From an uncultured virus (IMG/VR IMGVR_UViG_3300044911_003846) (Duplodnaviria; Heunggongvirae; Uroviricota; Caudoviricetes), in the IMG/VR virus record IMGVR_UViG_3300044911_003846: DNA of 64,000 nucleotides. One strand, written 5' to 3'. The notes under the pieces are model-generated. The model did no database searches and was not told where the DNA came from. It saw nothing but the letters and a program-made list of their open reading frames with translations. This document shows positions 59,883-64,000 of this stretch, in pieces (position 1 is the stretch's first letter; every line of letters begins with the position of its first letter). The position numbers and the translations under genes are program-made.

Positions 59883-60327
59883 TCAGTCGGTCAGACCAAT
59901 GTTTCGAAGGAAGGCTTCCTCCTCATCCTCGGCCGGATCATAGTCAGCATCCTCGAGAAGGCGGAGAGTGAAGTGATGCATCCGATCCGAAACCCAACGG
60001 AGGTCCTCGTCGGAAACATTGCAGACAATGGCGTTTAAGCGTAACTCACGGGACGGTTCACGCAAATAATCAGCGATCAGCTCAAGGGCTCGATATCGTC
60101 CTCGGTTCAGTTCGCCCAACATGTCAATCCATCACTGCTGCCAAACTGGCTGCATCATCCTGTTCGATTTTTTTCTTAAGGATATCTAAAATTTCAAGGG
60201 CGCCTTGGACTTTGAGGTACCCCTCTTTTGTAGTAATGAGCGCGGACTCAGCGGCGCGAATGTCTTTGGCCAAGCTTTCCTGCTGAGCCCGCAGACCCTT
60301 TTCGAGTTCAGTGATTGAGTCGATCAT
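59883..60327 (-). CDS. Two small hypothetical genes (59883-60122; 60124-60327 coiled coil)
   Basis: Co-oriented downstream of the endolysin. Confidence 0.55.
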
Positions 60328-60364
60328 GTGTCTTTAAATCTGAATCCAAAGTATACAAGCAGCT

Positions 60365-61612
60365 TCACTTTAAGCGTTTAAAGTCGTACCAGCACCAGCC
60401 AGAGCCGCCCCCACCAACAAAGAATCGAGGGTTTAAGTTCTTGAAGCTGTAGCGAACATTGCGACCGGCGACGGCACCGGTTGAAGCCCAACCACCGTTG
60501 ACCAGGTCCTGTTCACCGTAGGGGTCTTGGACTAGCCAATAATCCCGGCCATAACCAGTAATAACCACAAAGTGGCCGCCACCAGAAGGGTCAGAAACAG
60601 TTCCATGATGAAGAATGCCGGCAACAACAGGGAGGCCCGAGTCAATTTGTTTTTTAACGTCATCCGAGTCTGCAGTTTGAGTAAACTTAGCGGATACACC
60701 TAACTCTGCCAAGGCTTTAAAATGAGGGTTGCGATAAATGGTGTCTCCGTACTTATTAACGATCTTCAAGTAGTCAGTATCGTCGTTAATACCGGGCGTA
60801 TCTAAGTACTTCAGACACATTGCAATACTGCTCGTCTGACACTGGCGCCAGCCTTCAGGGCCGTTATCCTTTTGATGAAAGTATGGGAAGTTACGGAGAT
60901 AACGGAGATCACCGTCAATCGCGTAAGGATGGATCGTTGTCTTAGTGACAAGTCCGTCCCAGTGATCGTCGTAGATCCACCACTTACCAAGCCCGAAGCC
61001 CATTTCTACGTAGCTATGCTTGTCCTTACGATCAATAACAAAGCAATTTCGAATTGTTCTGCCTTTGTAAATATTGGCTTTTTCGTCACGACCTAACTCG
61101 ACGGAAGGAACGAGTCGTTTTTTGAGCCAGGTATTAAATTTAGAAGTTATATCAATTAATCCAACCTTTACTTTCGGGGCTTCGCTGCAAAATAATTCAA
61201 CCTCTGCGGAACGGCGGCGGCTCAAGCCCTCAAGGACTTTTCCGTCACCTTTATTCCACCTTGGCAGCTCTTCGGCAGCGACAATATTAGGGTTTTCTCC
61301 ATTATTAAGACGTTTAACTAACGTTGAACCCTTAAAAGCCTGGGTTCCGACGTTAAAACAGAAGGAGACAAGTGCATCAAATTGATTTTGATTTAAATCA
61401 ATGGTGACGTAATTTAATACTGCTTGCTCGAATTTAATGAGATCTTGCTTGAGAAGTGCGTCGGCTTCTTTCTCGGTGATTTTTGTTCCAGCAAGCACGT
61501 TTCCGGTGTGACCGTAGCCAATGGTAAGTACACCGACAGGACAGAGGTAGCTGGTGAGGCTTAGTCCCTCGAAAGATTTAATTAATTTGATGCCAGTGGG
61601 CGAAATTTTCAC
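60365..61612 (-). CDS. Endolysin: GH24 lysozyme fused to a C39-like cysteine peptidase
   Basis: IKSFEG...TIGYGH, NQNQFDALVSF.FN.G, GL.RRR.AE; C-terminal QCQTSSIAM...GHFVVITGY...VQDPYG. Confidence 0.9.
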   Translation of the reverse strand: MKISPTGIKLIKSFEGLSLTSYLCPVGVLTIGYGHTGNVLAGTKITEKEADALLKQDLIKFEQAVLNYVTIDLNQNQFDALVSFCFNVGTQAFKGSTLVKRLNNGENPNIVAAEELPRWNKGDGKVLEGLSRRRSAEVELFCSEAPKVKVGLIDITSKFNTWLKKRLVPSVELGRDEKANIYKGRTIRNCFVIDRKDKHSYVEMGFGLGKWWIYDDHWDGLVTKTTIHPYAIDGDLRYLRNFPYFHQKDNGPEGWRQCQTSSIAMCLKYLDTPGINDDTDYLKIVNKYGDTIYRNPHFKALAELGVSAKFTQTADSDDVKKQIDSGLPVVAGILHHGTVSDPSGGGHFVVITGYGRDYWLVQDPYGEQDLVNGGWASTGAVAGRNVRYSFKNLNPRFFVGGGGSGWCWYDFKRLK

Positions 61613-61646
61613 AATACTGATACCTGCTTACACTAAAGTAGCAGAT

Positions 61647-61901
61647 CTATTCAGCGTTGCGAGATAAACTGATTAACGTCGTTAAGACACCCATCATTAC
61701 AGCAATAGTTCGCGAATCGACGTCGGTGCAGCCCATTGGAGCCGGATCTATTTTGTCGCCTTCTGGAGTGCCTACGTACCTTGCGTACCAAGGCCAGATT
61801 GTAGGCAGCACGTAAAATCTACAGGCTGCCCACTGGAAAGTTGATACAACCATGATGGCTGCAGCGGTCCCGACAATTGATCGCCAGAGCCAGTTGGTCA
61901 T
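61647..61901 (-). CDS. Small two-TM protein, possible holin
   Basis: Two hydrophobic segments; directly upstream of the endolysin. Confidence 0.4.
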   Translation of the reverse strand: MTNWLWRSIVGTAAAIMVVSTFQWAACRFYVLPTIWPWYARYVGTPEGDKIDPAPMGCTDVDSRTIAVMMGVLTTLISLSRNAE

Positions 61902-61920
61902 CGATGGTTAGTGAGTAGGA

Positions 61921-62399
61921 CTAATCAAGCCCGAGCGCAGCCTTGATCTCGTCAGGGCTTTGTGCTGCATCAATGTCGCTTTGGATGGCCGCGTATTTAT
62001 CCCGGATTTCTTGGCGCTTGGCCTCCGCCTCAGCGGCATCTCCACCAGGAATCTGTTTCATGATCACCTCGTCGTAAGGCTTGAACTCCTCTGCCCGCAT
62101 GGCGCGACGCTTGTCGTGGCCAATGGCTTTAGCTTTATCCAGGTTGATGGTAATCATTGGGCTGCCTCCTTGGCGGCGAAGTAAGCGTCGGCACCGATGC
62201 CGTAACCGTCAGGGTTGCTGAAGTCAGCCTCCCAAGCGTTACGGAAGGTGCGGTCAGATGGCACACTGTCAGCAGGAATAAACAGGTAAGGGACGCCAGC
62301 AGGGACATCTTTTTGAGCAACTTCTTCGATGCTCAGCTCACCCGTGGGAATGACGACAGAGATGCCGCCGGTTTCGTTTGGATAGATGATTTTTGTCAT
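61921..62399 (-). CDS. Two tail-fibre assembly/accessory proteins (62154-62399, 61921-62157)
   Basis: A.KDVPAG.PY...DRTFRNAW and I.INLDKAK.IGH..RR..R..EF motifs; follow fibre gene 3. Confidence 0.7.
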
Positions 62400-62408
62400 G
62401 GAGACACC

Positions 62409-63917
62409 TCAACGGAAGACGGAGACGGATATGTTTGCAATATCCGCAGCGGTGCTAATTGCAGTAACCTGAAACGTGCCAACTTCTACTTGCGTGGTGG
62501 TACTCGGCTGACAAGATACAAGAGCAAATGCAACACCGGTATTGATTCCCGTGGCAGCGACTGAATAATTAGTATCCGGCATAGCATTTGAAAGATTAAC
62601 TCCGTATGCTCCAACGGCAGCATCCGTAATGCTACTTACATTGCCACTAGCCCGTACAGCAGGTGTTCCTGTTCCGTTAAAATTAACCCAAGCTCTTGCA
62701 AAGAAAGCAGGGTATAAAGTGGCGTTACCAGGAACAACGGCAGACAGTTGACCATTGCTCGCAATGCGTAGACGCTCTGTTGGGCTGCTTGCACCATCGG
62801 CGGTAGTGGAGAACACTAACCTGCCCGGCATGTCGTTAGCACCGGGTGTGCCGTCTACTACCGCTACAATATTTGCTGCAGAAACAAGATCAGTACCATC
62901 CGCACCCTGGAAGTGAATGCTTCCGATCGTATCTCCATCTGCAACAACAGTAACAGCTCCGTTAGTTGTGCCACGAGAGCGCGCTAAAACTAAATTTGTA
63001 TTTGCTCCAGTTGCATTACAAGTGACCGAAAGCATTGATGTTGAAAAATCTGTACCTTCGACTTGAAAGCGTGGCGCAAATGTTGTGGCATTAAAAAAAT
63101 CGCTACGCGCAGAAGACGTGCCAACTAAAAAACGACCACTTGAATCACACCTGAATCTTTCGCTACCACTGTTAGCAAAGACGAGCTGAGTTGCATCTAG
63201 TTGAAGTGCCTCTCGGGAACCTGCACCCGTTAAAGATCGAAGAATGTTTGCAGTGCCACCTACCGGGTCAAATTGGAAATAGGCGGTTCCATCCGATACA
63301 GCTAGCTTGCCACCAGGCGAAGTAGTGCCAATCCCTACGTTGCCTGAACTATTAACAAACAACCGCCCCTGGCTATTAGTTGAGATAGCTACATTATTTG
63401 CCGAAGGAAGATAAACCCCGTTAGTGGGGACAGTACTGCTGGTGGGAATAAAACTCGGCGCCGTTAAAGAAGTAGTTGCTAATATTGCAGCCTGAACCGA
63501 ATTACTTGAGAACGAAACAACACCAGATCCGCTGCGATAGAATCCAGTGTCCGTATCCTGGTCAAAAGTAATGCTGGGAACTGCAGCACTACCATCTGGA
63601 TATGTAGCACCTGCATTGACGTAATCAGCGCCAGCAAGAATTACACCAAAAAAATCAGCACCAGTTGCTGGAGCCGAACTAAAAACAATATTGCCGCCAC
63701 TAAGACGAAAACCTTCAGCACCGGTATCGTCAGGTCGTTGAAGAACACCTGCAACGGAAATAAGACACTGTTGCGAGTTTAACGGCAGCGGTACAGGAGC
63801 TGCACCACGAACAAGGAGAGCGAAGGATGTGGTAGAACCATTGAAGGACCCACTGATGTCGTCAATGTTGACATAAGTGGGATAGGCAACCTTTAGGTCA
63901 TTACCAAGATAGGCCAC
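62409..63917 (-). CDS. Tail fibre protein 3
   Basis: DDISGSFNGSTTSF N-terminus paralogous to fibre 1; GNVGIGTTSP, GRLVFSTTADG; C-terminal RAWVNFNG...NVSSITD domain. Confidence 0.85.
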   Translation of the reverse strand: MAYLGNDLKVAYPTYVNIDDISGSFNGSTTSFALLVRGAAPVPLPLNSQQCLISVAGVLQRPDDTGAEGFRLSGGNIVFSSAPATGADFFGVILAGADYVNAGATYPDGSAAVPSITFDQDTDTGFYRSGSGVVSFSSNSVQAAILATTSLTAPSFIPTSSTVPTNGVYLPSANNVAISTNSQGRLFVNSSGNVGIGTTSPGGKLAVSDGTAYFQFDPVGGTANILRSLTGAGSREALQLDATQLVFANSGSERFRCDSSGRFLVGTSSARSDFFNATTFAPRFQVEGTDFSTSMLSVTCNATGANTNLVLARSRGTTNGAVTVVADGDTIGSIHFQGADGTDLVSAANIVAVVDGTPGANDMPGRLVFSTTADGASSPTERLRIASNGQLSAVVPGNATLYPAFFARAWVNFNGTGTPAVRASGNVSSITDAAVGAYGVNLSNAMPDTNYSVAATGINTGVAFALVSCQPSTTTQVEVGTFQVTAISTAADIANISVSVFR

Positions 63918-64000
63918 AGCGTCTCTTTATTAACTCAATTATGTTTATTCTACTGGAGTGCTGTTTGGACCGTCAGTAGATGGTTGTTTTGGCCAGACCA

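Noticed and set aside
45924..63917. Diversity-generating retroelement acting on tail fibres
   Set aside because: No reverse transcriptase, and no TR/VR pair with adenine-specific mismatches; shared blocks are short junctions.

Overview
This window is about 64 kb of a tailed dsDNA phage genome, almost certainly a freshwater-type cyanophage of Synechococcus/Cyanobium. The evidence is NblA-like and DUF4278 genes, NtcA-type boxes, thyX, speD, dps, 2OG-Fe(II) oxygenases and tRNA-Leu(UAA). Gene content recalls S-EIV1-like phages, which is an unverified inference. Layout: (1) 1-9.9 kb, minus strand: probable portal (running off the left edge), terminase large subunit and Gly/Ala-rich virion or ejection proteins. 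(2) 10-12.3 kb: a repeat-rich strand-switch region. (3) 10-25 kb: small plus-strand early genes, the first built as repeated cassettes with a shared leader. (4) 28-45 kb: replication and nucleotide genes (ThyX, family A DNA polymerase, dCMP deaminase, SSB, exonuclease, primase-helicase) with two free-standing GIY-YIG endonucleases. (5) 46-64 kb: mixed late and auxiliary genes, two tRNAs, HNH genes and an endolysin. Three tail-fibre loci are dispersed through the window. No major capsid protein, integrase, reverse transcriptase or CRISPR array was recognised. The most notable observation is a family of 15-bp quasi-palindromes (TAG-N9-CTA) at tail-fibre module boundaries and stop codons, a candidate site-specific module-shuffling system. 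Also notable are a candidate phage NtcA regulon (activation geometry at an nblA-like gene, repression geometry at two small antisense peptides), a ~280-bp imperfect hairpin ending on the start codon of a tandem-HNH gene, and a cassette-like early-gene array. All family calls come from motif recognition by eye, not database searches.
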